Positions 13,501 to 25,642 are shown, numbered from the stretch's first letter. The stretch is 64,000 nt of DNA from Antedon mediterranea (GCF_964355755.1 NC_092678.1:24631365-24695364); one strand, 5' to 3'. Notes: generated by a model from the letters alone, not told the origin. Numbers and translations: made by a program.

Positions 13501-15790
13501 TGGTACAGGTACCTTCGTTGGGTACACGCAACTTTATTAGTACAGGAGCTTTGGTACAGGTACCTTCATTGGGTACACGCAACTTTATTAGTACAAGAGC
13601 TTTGGTACAGGTACCTTCGTTGGGTACAACCAACTGTATTAGTACAGGAGCTCTGGTATAGGTATCTCAATTGGGTACAAGCAGCTTTATTAGTACAGGA
13701 TCTTAATTGAGTACACGCAACTTTATTAGTACAGGAGCTTTGGTACAGGTACCTTCGTTGGGTACAAGCAACGTATTTTAGTACAGCTTAATTGGTGGTA
13801 GTAGTACTGCAGGTTTCATCCGTAATTCGTACACGTCGTGATCATACAGTTGAATTTGTACAGGGGCTCCATTGGTATAGGTACCCATTGGGTACACTCA
13901 ACTTTATTGGTACATGAGCTTTGGTGCAGGCACCTTCATTGGTAACAACCAACTGTATTAGTACATGAGCTTTGGTACAGGTACCTTCGTTGGGTACACG
14001 CAACTTTATTAGTACAGGAGCTTTGGTACAGGTACCTTCGTTGAGTACAAGCAACTTTATTAGTACAAGAGCTTAATTGAGTTTAGCAACTTTATTAGTA
14101 CAGGAGCTTTATTGGTACAGGTACCTTCATTGGGTACACGCAACATTATTAGTACAGGAGCTTTGGTACGGGTACCTTCGTTGGGTACAACCAACTGTAT
14201 TAGTACAGGAGCTCTGGTATAGGTATCTCCATTGGGTACAAGCAGCTTTATTAGTACAGGATCTTAATTGAGTACAGGCAACTTTGTTAGTACAGGAGCT
14301 TTGGTACAGGTACCTTCGTTGGGTACACGCAACTTTATTAGTACAGAAGCTTTATTGGTACAAGTACCTTCGTTGGGTACACGCAACTTTATTCGTACAG
14401 GGGCTTTGGTACAGGTACCTTCGTTGGGTACAAGCAACTTTATTAGTACAGGAGCTTTATTGGTAACAGGTACCTTTATTGGGTACACGCAACTCTATTA
14501 GTACAGGAGCTTTGGTACAGGTACCTTCGTTGAGTACAAGCAACTTTATTACTACAGGAGCTTAATTGAGTTTAGGCAACTTTATTAGTACAGGAGCTTT
14601 GGTACAGGCTCCATCATTGGGTACAACTAACTGTATTAGTACAGGAGCTTTGGTACAGGCACCATCATTGGGTACAACTAACTGTATTAGTACAGGAGCT
14701 CTGGTATAGGTATCTCCATTGGGTACAAGCAGCTTTATTAGTACAGGATCTTAATTGAGTACACAGGCAACTTTATTAGTACAGGAGCTTTGGTACAGGT
14801 ACCTTCGTTGGGTACAAGCAACGTTATTAGTACAGGAGCTTTGGTACAAGCACCTTCATTGGGTACAACCAACTGTATTACTGTAGTACATGAGCTCTGG
14901 TACAGGTATCTCCATTGGGTACAAGCAGCTTTATTAGTACATGATCTTAATTGAGTTTAGACAACTTTATTAGTACAGGAGCTTTGGTACAGGTACCTTC
15001 GTTGGGTACACGCAACTTTATTAGTACAGGAGCTTTGGTACAGGTACCTTCATAGGGTACACGCAACTTTATTCGTACAGAAGCTTTGGTACAGGTACCT
15101 TCGTTGAGTACAAGCAACGTTTTTTAGTACAGCTTAATTGGTGGTAGTAGTACTGCAGGTTTCATCCGTAATTCGTACACGTCGTGATCATACAGTTGAA
15201 TCTGTACAGGGGCTCCATTGGTATAGGTACCCATTGGGTACACTCAACTTTATTGGTACATGAGCTTTGGTGCAGGCACCTTCATTGGTAACAACCAACT
15301 GTATTAGTACAAGAGCTCTGGTACAGGTATCTCCATTGGGTACAAGCAATTTTATTAGTACAGGATCTTAATTGAGTTTAGGCAACTTTATTAGTACAGG
15401 AGCTTTGGTACAGGTACCTTCGTTGGGTACACGCAACTTTATTAGTACAGGAGCTTTGGTACAGGTACCTTCATTGGGTACACGCAACTTTATTAGTACA
15501 GGAGCTTTGGTACAGGTACCTTCGTTGGGTACAACCAACTGTATTAGTACAGGAGCTCTGGTATAGGTATCTCAATTGGGTACAAGCAGCTTTATTAGTA
15601 CAGGATCTTAATTGAGTACACGCAACTTTATTAGTACAGGAGCTTTGGTACAGGTACCTTCGTTGGGTACAACCAACTGTATTAGTACAGGAGCTCTGGT
15701 ATAGGTATCTCAATTGGGTACAAGCAGCTTTATTAGTACAGGATCTTAATTGAGTACAGGCAACTTTGTTAGTACAGGAGCTTTGGTACT
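10600..15790. repeat. Complex satellite, ~48-bp basic unit with ~1.85-1.9-kb higher-order repeats
   Basis: Unit CAACTTTATTAGTACAGGAGCTTTGGTACAGGTACCTTCGTTGGGTACA. ORF-track peptides recur at offsets 1854 (11988/13842 identical, 12410/14264 near-identical) and 1905 (13467/15372 near-identical). Confidence 0.95.
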
Positions 15791-16120
15791 TTGAATTACA
15801 TATACAGTACCCTATTAATAATTCGCACACGCATACTTTTATACAGGTTTATAGGGTACAGGCAACTTTATTAGGACGGTACAGGTGCTACTTTAGTTGG
15901 GCAACTTAACTATTATTAATATCATTATTGTTTTGTGACATTGTGGCTCTAGCTGTGTCTGAGAATGTAAATAGGGCTTTATTAATAATTCGTTCACGCA
16001 TTTATACAGGTTTATATGGTACAGGCAACTTTATTAGCTTACTTAGTAGTTGTAAGGGCAACTTAAATATTATTAATCATTTTTATTTTGTGAAATTGTG
16101 GCTCTTAGCTGTGAGAATGC

Positions 16121-16235
16121 CCTGAGGGTGTGTGGCGCAGTGTGTTGGACGTTCGACTACTGATCGTCTACTGACTGGGGTTGTTCAGCGCGTTGAGACC
16201 TTGCTTATATGCGCTTTATAAGAATGAACTATTAT
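16121..16235 (+). mobile_element. Internally deleted tRNA-derived SINE with L2-type tail
   Basis: A-box-like gtggcgcagtgtg; tail agcgcgttgag…gcgctttataagaatgaactattat; interrupts motif gagaatg^taaataggg, which is intact at 15961. Confidence 0.55.
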
Positions 16236-16518
16236 AAATAGGGCCCCATTATTAATTCGTACACGTATACGTGACTTTATAGCAACTTTATTAATACAGA
16301 CCTTATATCAGCTTAATTTGTAGATCAGAAAACTGATTTATTATCTCTTTTGATCGCGACATTATGCCCCAATTGGGCCTAATTTTAATTCGTTTTCACG
16401 TAGTATAACTTTGTATAGGGTACAGGCAACTTTACTGGTAGGCTACATGGCTTAATTGGTACCTGTATTGGGTACAAGCACTAGTAAATACAAAAACTAA
16501 CTATTATTATCATTATTG

Positions 16519-16549
<31 letters not shown>

Positions 16550-16909
16550 GTTTACTTGTTTGGTCATTGTGGCTTGCTTTTCATATGATTGCTATGTAAA
16601 TTTATTTATAATTCGCACTTTATTTTGTAGGACTTTATTAACTACTGACAAATTGGTAAAGAAGATATGATATATTTTAAATACACATTTAACGTAGATT
16701 ATTAAACTAACTAATTTAACATTTAACATACATATAATAATGTTTCTCCTCCCCCATTACTCTGGCCCTACCCCGTCCCATTTGAAATTGATAAATTGAC
16801 ATACATATATTTCATACTTTTTGATTTAAATTGAAAATTAAATACAAATTAATGTCCAAATGTTACTCTAAATCGTTGTCTTTGCCTGATTAATCAAAAC
16901 TTTTGAAAA

Positions 16910-17135
16910 TATGTCAGTCTAAACCGCCGTTTTTCTGTGTTTTACCACTTATATGTCGTTCCAAATCGTATATATTCCGTGTTTTACCATTTTCTCATTT
17001 TAAAAACACGTCAGTCCAAACCGCCTATTTTCCGTGTTTTACCATTTACATGTCGGTCCAAACCGCTAATTTTCCATGTTTTACCAAAAAGAGATGGTAA
17101 AACATGGAAAATTTGCGGTTTGGACCGACATTTTT
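16910..17135. repeat. Subterminal-type direct repeats ending in a 36-bp-arm hairpin
   Basis: gtccaaaccgc…tgttttacca repeated ~4 times; inverted copy forms the hairpin at 17050-17131. Confidence 0.75.
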
Positions 17136-17394
17136 AAAAATTTTTGATTTTTGACCGAAGGTTTAACACTTCGAAAATTTTTTTTTTCTTTCAGGTTGAT
17201 TTTTGGCTTAACGTGCTACACTACCGGCTGTGGATCTAGAGATCGCGGGATCGATTCCCGCTATGGGCAAAAAAAAAAAAAAAAAAAAATTAAAAAAAAA
17301 AATTTTAAATTTAAATAAAATTATTTTCTCCGCATCTTCTCCCATCTCGCCTCCGCTTATCCTCCACTCTCCTCCACCACTATCCATTTCCTTG

Positions 17395-17598
17395 TCCGTT
17401 TCCGATGCGTATCCGATGCCTGTCCGTATCCGATGCCTGTCCGTATCCGATTGCCTGTCCGTATCCGTTTTCCTGTCCATTTTCGATGCCTGTCCGAATC
17501 CGATGCCTGTCCGATTGCCTGTCCGTATCTGATTGCCTGTCCGTATCCGATTGCCTGTCCGTATCCGATTGCCTGTCCGTATCGATTGCCTGTCCGAG
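17395..17598. repeat. 18-bp minisatellite (GCCTGTCCGTATCCGATT)
   Basis: ~10 imperfect copies. Confidence 0.85.
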
Positions 17599-17779
17599 TC
17601 ATTTCCAACCATCTCCAAGTGTATCTCCAGGTCCATCTCCAAGTCTATCTCGTCCAGCACAGCTCTCGAACCACCGACCACATCAGTCATACGTCTGCCC
17701 CTCTGAGCTACCTAGGAACTTACTGAAAGTGTACGTTAATTTGTACGCCATAAACTTATAAAAGCATCAATCGAAAGAC

Positions 17780-18230
17780 GAAGGTTCTTATTTTTTTTTT
17801 TTTTAAGTTAATATGTTCACTTGTGTAGCGCAGCGGTTAGTGCTACTGTATAGTGATTGGAGGGTCACTGGTTCGAGTCCCAGTGATACCGCACTATTTA
17901 CTTTTGTTTTTTGCAAATTGAATTCAATTTATATAAAAAAATTGCACTTGGATTTGAACCCTCGCCAAAGCACACATGTTCAGATCCAATCACACTAGCA
18001 CTCACCAACATGCTACTTGAGGATTTGATGACCAACTAAAGATTCTAAAATACTTTATATTTTGTACATTTTAATTAATACAAAGGTTCTTAATTTTTTT
18101 TTTTTTAATAGTCTATATGTTAACTTGTGTGGCGCAACGGATAGTGCCATAGTCTAAGGACTAAAGGGTTGCTGGTTCGAACCCCAGAATTGTTATATTT
18201 TTAATTGAGTTCAATTCAATATAATAAAAA
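17780..18230. other. Alternating plus/minus tRNA-like (Pol III A/B box) relics
   Basis: + strand TAGCGCAGCGG…GGTTCGAGTCC at ~17826-17882 and TGGCGCAACGG…GGTTCGAACCC at ~18130-18185; minus-strand relic at ~17945-18020. No intact acceptor stems. Confidence 0.65.
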
Positions 18231-21200
18231 TGTATCTGGTTTGATTCGAACCCCTTCTAAACGGGCAAAGGTTTAGATCAAAGTGCAGTAGTCTTAACCA
18301 CCTGAGCCACTTGGGATTTCGATGGATCGCCGCAAATTCTAAGATACTTTATACATTGTAATTGACACAATTTATATATAAATTTAAATGTACCTGGTTG
18401 GATTCGAACCCCTTCTAAACGGGCAAAAGTTTAGATCCAAGTGCAGTGATCTTAACCACCTGAGCCACTTGGGATTTCGATGGATCGCCGCAAATTTTAG
18501 GATACTTTATACATTGTAATTGACTCAATTTATATATAAATTTAAATGTACCCGGTTGGATTCGAACCCCTTCTAAACGGGCAAAAGTTTAGATCCAAGT
18601 GCAGTGGTTTTAACCACCTGAGCCACTTGGGATTTCGATGGATCGCCGCAAATTCTAAGATACTTTATACATTGTAATTGACACAATTTATATATAAATT
18701 TAAATGTACCTGGTTGGATTCGAACCCCTTCTAAACGGGAAAAAGTTTAGATCCATGTGCAGTGATCTTAACCACCTGAGCCACTTGGGATTTCGATGGA
18801 TCGCCGCAAATTCTAAGATACTTTATACATTGTAATTGACTCAATTTATATATAAATTTAAATGTACCCGGTTGGATTCGAACCCCTTCTAAACGGGCAA
18901 AAGTTTAGATCCAAGTGCAGTGATCTTAACCACCTGAGCCACTTGAGATTTCGATGGATCGCCGCAAATTCTAAGATACTTTATACATTGTAATTGACAC
19001 AATTTATATATAAATTTAAATGTACCTGGTTGGATTCGAACCTCTTCTAAACGGGCAAAGGTTTAGATCCAAGTGCAGTGGTCTTAACCACCTGAGCCAC
19101 TTGGGATTTCGATGGATCGCCGCAAATTCTAAGATACTTTATACCTTGTAATTGTCTAAATTTATATATAATTAACCAACTGTACCTGGTTGGATTCGAA
19201 CCCCTTCTAAACAGGTAAAGGTTTAGATCCAAGTGCAGAGTCCGAGTGCAGTGGTCTTAACCACCTGAGCCACTTGGGATTTCGATGGATCGCCGCAAAT
19301 TTTAAGATACTTTATACATTGTAATTGACTCAATTTATATATAAATTTAAATGTACCTGGTTGGATTCGAACCTTTTCTAAACGGGCAAAGGATTAGATC
19401 CAAGTGCAGTGGTCTTAACCACCTGAGCTACTTGAGATTTCGATGGATCGCCGCAAATTCTAAGATACTTTATACATTGTAATTGACACAATTTATATAT
19501 AAATTTAAATGTACCTGGTTGGATTGGAACCTCTTCTAAACGGGCAAAGGTTTAGATCCAAGTGCAGTGGTCTTAACCACCTGAGCCACTTGGGATTTCG
19601 ATGGATCGCCGCAAATTCTAAGATACTTTATACATTGCAATTGACACAATTTATATATAAATTAAATGTAACTGGTTGGATTCGAACCCCTTCTAAACGG
19701 GAAAAAGTTTAGATCCAAGTGCAGTGATCTTAACCACCTGAACCACTTGGGATTTCGATGGATCGCCGCAAATTCTAAGATACTTTATACCTTGTAATTG
19801 TCTAAATTTATATATAATTAACCAACTGTACCTGGTTGGATTCGAACCCCTTCTAAACAGGTAAAGGGGTAGATCCAAGTGCAGAGTCCGAGTGCAGTGG
19901 TCTTAACCACCTGAGCCACTTGGGATTTCGATGGATCGCCGCAAATTCTAAGATACTTTATACATTGTAATTGTCTAAATTTATATATAATTAAACAACT
20001 GTACATGATTGGATTCGAACCCCTGCTAAACGGGTAAAGGTTTAGATCCAAGTGCAGTGATCTTAACCACCTGAGCCACTTGGGATTTCGATGGATCGCC
20101 GCAAATTTTAAGATACTTTATACATTGTAATTGACTCAATTTATATATAAATTTAAATGTACCCGGTTGGATTCGAACCCCTTCTAAACGGGCAAAAGTT
20201 TAGATCCAAGTGCAGTGATCTTAACCACCTGAGCCACTTGGGATTTCGATGGATCGCCGCAAATTTTAAGATACTTTATACATTGTAATTGACTCAATTT
20301 ATATATAAATTTAAATGTACCTGGTTGGATTCGAACCTTTTCTAAACGGGCAAAGGATTAGATCCAAGTGCAGTGGTCTTAACCACCTGAGCTACTTGAG
20401 ATTTCGATGGATCGCCGCAAATTCTAAGATACTTTATACATTGTAATTGACACAATTTATATATAAATTTAAATGTTCCTGGTTGGCTTTGAACCCGTTC
20501 TAAACAGGTAAAGGTTTAGATCCAAGTGCAGAGTCCAAGTGCAGTGGTCTTAACCACCTGAGCCACTTGGGATTTCGATGGATCACCGCAAATTCTAAAA
20601 TACTTAATACCTTGTAATTGTCTAAATTAATATATAATTAAACAACTGTACCTGGTTGGATTCGAACCCCTTCTAAACGGGCAAAGGTTTAGATCCAAGT
20701 ACAGTGGTCTTAACCACCTGAGCCACTTGGGATTTCGATGGATCGCCGCAAATTCTAAGATACTTTATACCTTGTAATTGGCTAAATTTATATATAATTA
20801 AACAACTGTACCTGGTTGGATTCGAACCCCTTCTAAACGGGCAAAGGTTAGATCCAAGTGCAGTGGTCTTAACCACCTGAGCCACTTGGGATTTCGATGG
20901 ATCGCCGCAAATTCTAAGATACTTTATACCTTGTAATTGTCTAAATTTATATATAATTAACCAACTGTACCTGGTTGGATTTGAACCCCATCTAAACGGG
21001 CAAAGGTTTAGATCCAAGTGCAGTGGATGGTCTTAACCACCTGAGCCACTTGGGATTTCGATGGATCGCCGCCAATTCTAAGATACTTTATACCTTGTAA
21101 TTGTCTAAATTTATATATAATTAACCAACTGTACCTGGTTGGATTCGAACCCCTTCTAACTTCTAAGCAGGTAAAGGTTTAAATCCAAGTGCAGAGTCCG

Positions 21201-21404
21201 AGTGCAGTGATCTTAACCACCTGAGCCACTTGGGATTTCGATGGATCGCCGCAATTCCAAGATACTTTATACCTTGTAGTTGTCTAAATTTATATATAAT
21301 TAACCAACTGTACCTGATTGGATTCGAACCCCTGCTAAACGGGTAAAGGTTTAGATCCAAGTGCAGTGGTCTTAACCACCTGAGCCACTTGGGATTTCGA
21401 TGGA
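18231..21404 (-). repeat. tRNA-derived satellite, ~158-172-bp monomer, 20 copies, each with Pol III A and B boxes
   Basis: Minus strand of each unit: TGGCTCAGGTGG (A box) … GGTTCGAATCC (B box). Confidence 0.9.
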
Positions 21405-21406
21405 CT

Positions 21407-22653
21407 CATCAGGTAGCGCACGTCCAACATCAGGTAGCGCACGTCCAACATCAGGTAGCGCACGTCCAACATCAGGTAGTGCACGTCCAACATCAGGTAG
21501 CGCACGTCCAATATCAGGTAGCTCACGTCCAATATCAGGTAGCGCACGTCCAATATCAGGTAGCGCACGTCCAACATCAGGTAGCGCACGTCCAACATCA
21601 GGTAGCGCACGTCCAACATCAGGTAGCGCACGTCCAACATCAGGTAGCGCACGTCCAACATCAGGTAGCGCACGTCCAACATCAGGTAGTGCACGTCCAA
21701 CATCAGGTAGCGCACGTCCAATATCAGGTAGCTCACGTCCAATATCAGGTAGCGCACGTCCAATATCAGGTAGCGCACGTCCAACATCAGGTAGCGCACG
21801 TCCAACATCAGGTAGCGCACGTCCAACATCAGGTAGCGCACGTCCAACATCAGGTAGCGCACGTCCAACATCAGGTAGCGCACGTCCAACATCCGGTAGC
21901 GCACGTCCAACATCAGGTAGCGCACGTCCAACATCAGGTAGCGCACGTCCAACATCAGGTAGCGCACGTCCAACATCAGGTAGCGCACGTCCAACATCAG
22001 GTAGCGCACGTCCAACATCAGGTAGCGCACGTCCAATATCAGGTAGCTCACGTCCAATATCAGGTAGCGCACGTCCAATATCAGGTAGCGCACGTCCAAC
22101 ATCAGGTAGCGCACGTCCAACATCAGGTAGCGCACGTCCAACATCAGGTAGCGCACGTCCAACATCAGGTAGCGCACGTCCAACATCAGGTAGCGCACGT
22201 CCAACATCAGGTAGTGCACGTCCAACATCAGGTAGCGCACGTCCAATATCAGGTAGCTCACGTCCAATATCAGGTAGCGCACGTCCAATATCAGGTAGCG
22301 CACGTCCAACATCAGGTAGCGCACGTCCAACATCAGGTAGCGCACGTCCAACATCAGGTAGCGCACGTCCAACATCAGGTAGCGCACGTCCAACATCAGG
22401 TAGCGCACGTCCAACATCCGGTAGCGCACGTCCAACATCAGGTAGCGCACGTCCAACATCAGGTAGCGCACGTCCAACATCAGGTAGCGCACGTCCAACA
22501 TCAGGTAGCGCACGTCCAACATCAGGTAGCGCACGTCCAACATCAGGTAGCGCACGTCCAACATCCGGTAGCGCACGTCCAACATCAGGTAGCGCACGTC
22601 CAACATCAGGTAGCGCACGTCCAACATCAGGTAGCGCACGTCCAACATCAGGT
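21407..22653. repeat. 21-bp satellite (CATCAGGTAGCGCACGTCCAA), ~59 copies
   Basis: Directly visible; source of the three long heptad-repeat ORFs. Confidence 0.95.
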
Positions 22654-23344
22654 ATTTTATTTATGTTATTTATTTTATTTACTATTATATTTATATTTGG
22701 GTGTTTTTCTAAAAAATCCGACCGTTTTATTTGTCGACTAACTGGTTACTATGTTATTAGATGATGTTAACAATATATCCTCATATTTAGCAATATTATT
22801 GCATAACAATTTAATTTTAAAAGATTGATATTTGGGCCATCAAAAATGTAAAACACTGCAATTAGACAAATAATATACATAAAGCTTTTCGTAATTATGG
22901 TTTAATTAGACTTATGTCAATATTTAATAAAATAAGCTGATTGATTACAATGTAAATGGCTAGCCAAGTGGTCAAGTATTAAAGCACCAGTTTTAGTGTG
23001 AAAAGAGTCCAAGATTTCTCTCAATCATAGATTAATTTTATAAAACAAACAACATAATTACATTAAAACATATGAATTGTAATACAAGACAATGGGGTTA
23101 TTTGTTGTAGTCAATTAAAAAGAACGGCATAGCATGTAACCTAGTATTTTGTTTGATGCCATCTACAGTAAAAGTGTTTAATTAAAACACTACATTTATA
23201 TCACAATAATTACCATTCTCCTTAGTGTTATAAAATAATACTACTAGTTAAATAAGTTGTTTAGTTGTTAATTACCAACTGGCTGCGACATATCTTCAGG
23301 AAAGAAACTGACCAAGTCATCAAACAACTAAAAAAACAATGAGA

Positions 23345-23805
23345 TAATAATAATAATGGATCATTGCGATGTGGACTAGATTTTACACTTTTCAACTACA
23401 TGCTTCTCCCGTGGGTCACGTCATGTCAGTGCGGCCACTATAAGGCGCTCTCATCTGTCCACAACACAGTGGCTGTGTGTATACTTAGTACACAGGGGTA
23501 ACCCCCTACTCATCTTGAAAGATGTTCTAGGTTCGTTAAAGTACATACAAGCAATGTGTTTACACTGGACCTACGGTTTATAGTTAATAATAGATAATAA
23601 TTATTGTTCGTACGTGAGATAACTATTAACTCGCCAATTACAGGATGGATGACCTATTTTATAATTTATTGTGCTTATGAATTAAGTGTTATTTGAGGCA
23701 TGGGAGTGGAGTTGAAAGAGTCATGAGTTACAACCCTGGCACTAGGTCAGGATTGAACCCTGGACCTGGAAGGCAGAGATGTTAACCACTAAGCTACAGC
23801 TCCAC
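23345..23805 (-). mobile_element. Near full-length tRNA-head SINE with Deu-type core
   Basis: Head ggagctgtagcttagtggttaac…gggttcaatcc; core actataaaccgtaggtcc…tttaacgaacc…gagtagggggttaccc; (ATT)n tail. Confidence 0.7.
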
Positions 23806-23994
23806 TAATGGGTCAGATGTTTTGACGTCATTTTGTACTTTATACTAAGTACATTGAGATTAACACTTGCAAAAAAATGTGCAAGTAATTCTCAGATGGG
23901 ACCTCCAGATTACTAACTTGGCGTTCATACCTTTGGCCCACCACTAGGCGAGGGGTTGGGTTCGAGCGGGTAGTCATACCGCCCCTGTAGCCAA

Positions 23995-24193
23995 GCCTAA
24001 GTCATACTGCCTAAGTCACACTGCCTAAGTCACACGGCCTAAGTCACACTGCCTAAGTCACACGGCCTAAGTCACACGGCCTAAGTCACACGGCCTAAGT
24101 CACACGGCCTAAGTCACACGGCCTAAGTCACACGGCCTAAGTCACACGGCCTCAGTCACACGGCCTCAGTCACACGGCCTCAGTCACACGGCC
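23995..24193. repeat. 14-bp minisatellite (CCTAAGTCACACGG), ~14 copies
   Basis: Directly visible. Confidence 0.92.
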
Positions 24194-25104
24194 TTATTTG
24201 CTAATTAACCCACAGGTTTCATTGACTTGCCGCGATGACTCAATGGAGTAAACGTGTGCTTACGGCCTACAGGGTTGTGGGTTCGAATCTCATTTGTTTT
24301 TGTTTTTTTCAACCAAAAAAATTATCTTTAATAATTGCAATGCACAAAACGAATAATTAAATATCCAAATTGTAACATGTGTTTTACTACATTTATACAG
24401 TAATAATAATAATAGATGTTACAGTTCCGGCTGTAAATTTTAATTTTGGTTGTTTGCATAGAAATAGACGGCAATTGTACAAAATGACTTTACTTTTTTT
24501 ACTCATTAAGTTTTTAATAACAATTAAACATACACCCATCAATAACAAATCAAGTAATCTTCTATGGATATTATAATTTAAAACTCTCAACAAATTAATA
24601 ACATTGCTCAAATTTTATAAAATATATTAAAACCATAAATTACATCAGTATATTTTTGTACTTTTAACTTTTTAATTGATTTTGAAGAATATATGTCTTA
24701 ACATTTGTAACTATTTTATAGAATTAAGCATTTTTACGTATTTGTATTTTCTATTTTTGATACAAATCAGTAGAAGCTAAGCTGACAGATACTATGGCAC
24801 GCATCTGCTCAAAGAGCATGCTTTAACTCGTCAATGTGACAACATCTCATAAAACTATCTATGGTAGAAAATTAATGGATGGTTTATCAGAACCAAAGTA
24901 ATTATTAGAAAGGAAGATTGTTTACAGCGACATTAGAAAGACTATTGAACTGAGGTAATGAATGATAGACCAACTCTAATCAACTAAGGACATCAATATA
25001 AAAAAACATACTATTTCACTGTTGTTTCCATAAATTTACATTTTGCAATAAAATATTTTTAGTTGTTTTTAAAATTATTATACGCGTTTTTAACATATAC
25101 AGTT

Positions 25105-25231
25105 TATACAGTATATATAAAGTATATATATAGTATATATAAAGTATATCTATATATTATACATATATATATATAGTATATATACAGTTTATATACAGTA
25201 TATATACTGTATATATATAGTATATATATAT
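25105..25231. repeat. (TA)-rich microsatellite
   Basis: Directly visible. Confidence 0.85.
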
Positions 25232-25642
25232 TCCAAAGCACCATTTGAAATACCCTGAATTTGGTTTTAAAACAATTTAAACCAAAACCTCTTACATTGA
25301 AACAAATGAAACTTCATTTTGATAATTCATCTTCATCACTAGACAACTGCAGGATGAGAACCTCTCCACTCTCTGTTACAATCTTAATCTATGACACACC
25401 TATTTAGCACCCTATTTTATAAATATAATAAATTATTTAAACAAAAAGGCAGCATACGCAGACTCGGAGAACACAGAATCACATTGGCGGCCTATTTATG
25501 TCCGACAAACATCCTGTTGGTAGCACTCAAGTGCTAGTGTAAGGGGTCACTCACACATAAAGGCAATTGATGCTTAACACCATGTATAACTAACCATTAA
25601 AACAGACATCCATGTACGCTATTATACATTGATGTTATTTAT

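Noticed and set aside
11036-15830. Many 60-120 aa ORFs (VQVPSLGTRNFISTGAL etc.)
   Set aside because: Products of the 48-bp satellite; frequent frameshifts and no splice or domain support.
17208-17761. Overlapping ORFs with IRTGNR / ACPYPI / CLSVSD repeats
   Set aside because: Translations of the 18-bp minisatellite and a poly-A/T run.
18231-21404. Cluster of functional tRNA genes
   Set aside because: Acceptor and T stems do not pair, and there is no credible anticodon arm; only the A/B boxes are tRNA-like.
21335-22741. Long ORFs of MLDVRYL and HQVAHVQ heptads
   Set aside because: Alternative frames of the 21-bp satellite. Three overlapping long ORFs on both strands indicate a stop-free repeat, not genes.
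24225-24295. tRNA gene
   Set aside because: Only a B box (GGTTCGAATCT) and a decayed A box; no cloverleaf. Probably a SINE head remnant.
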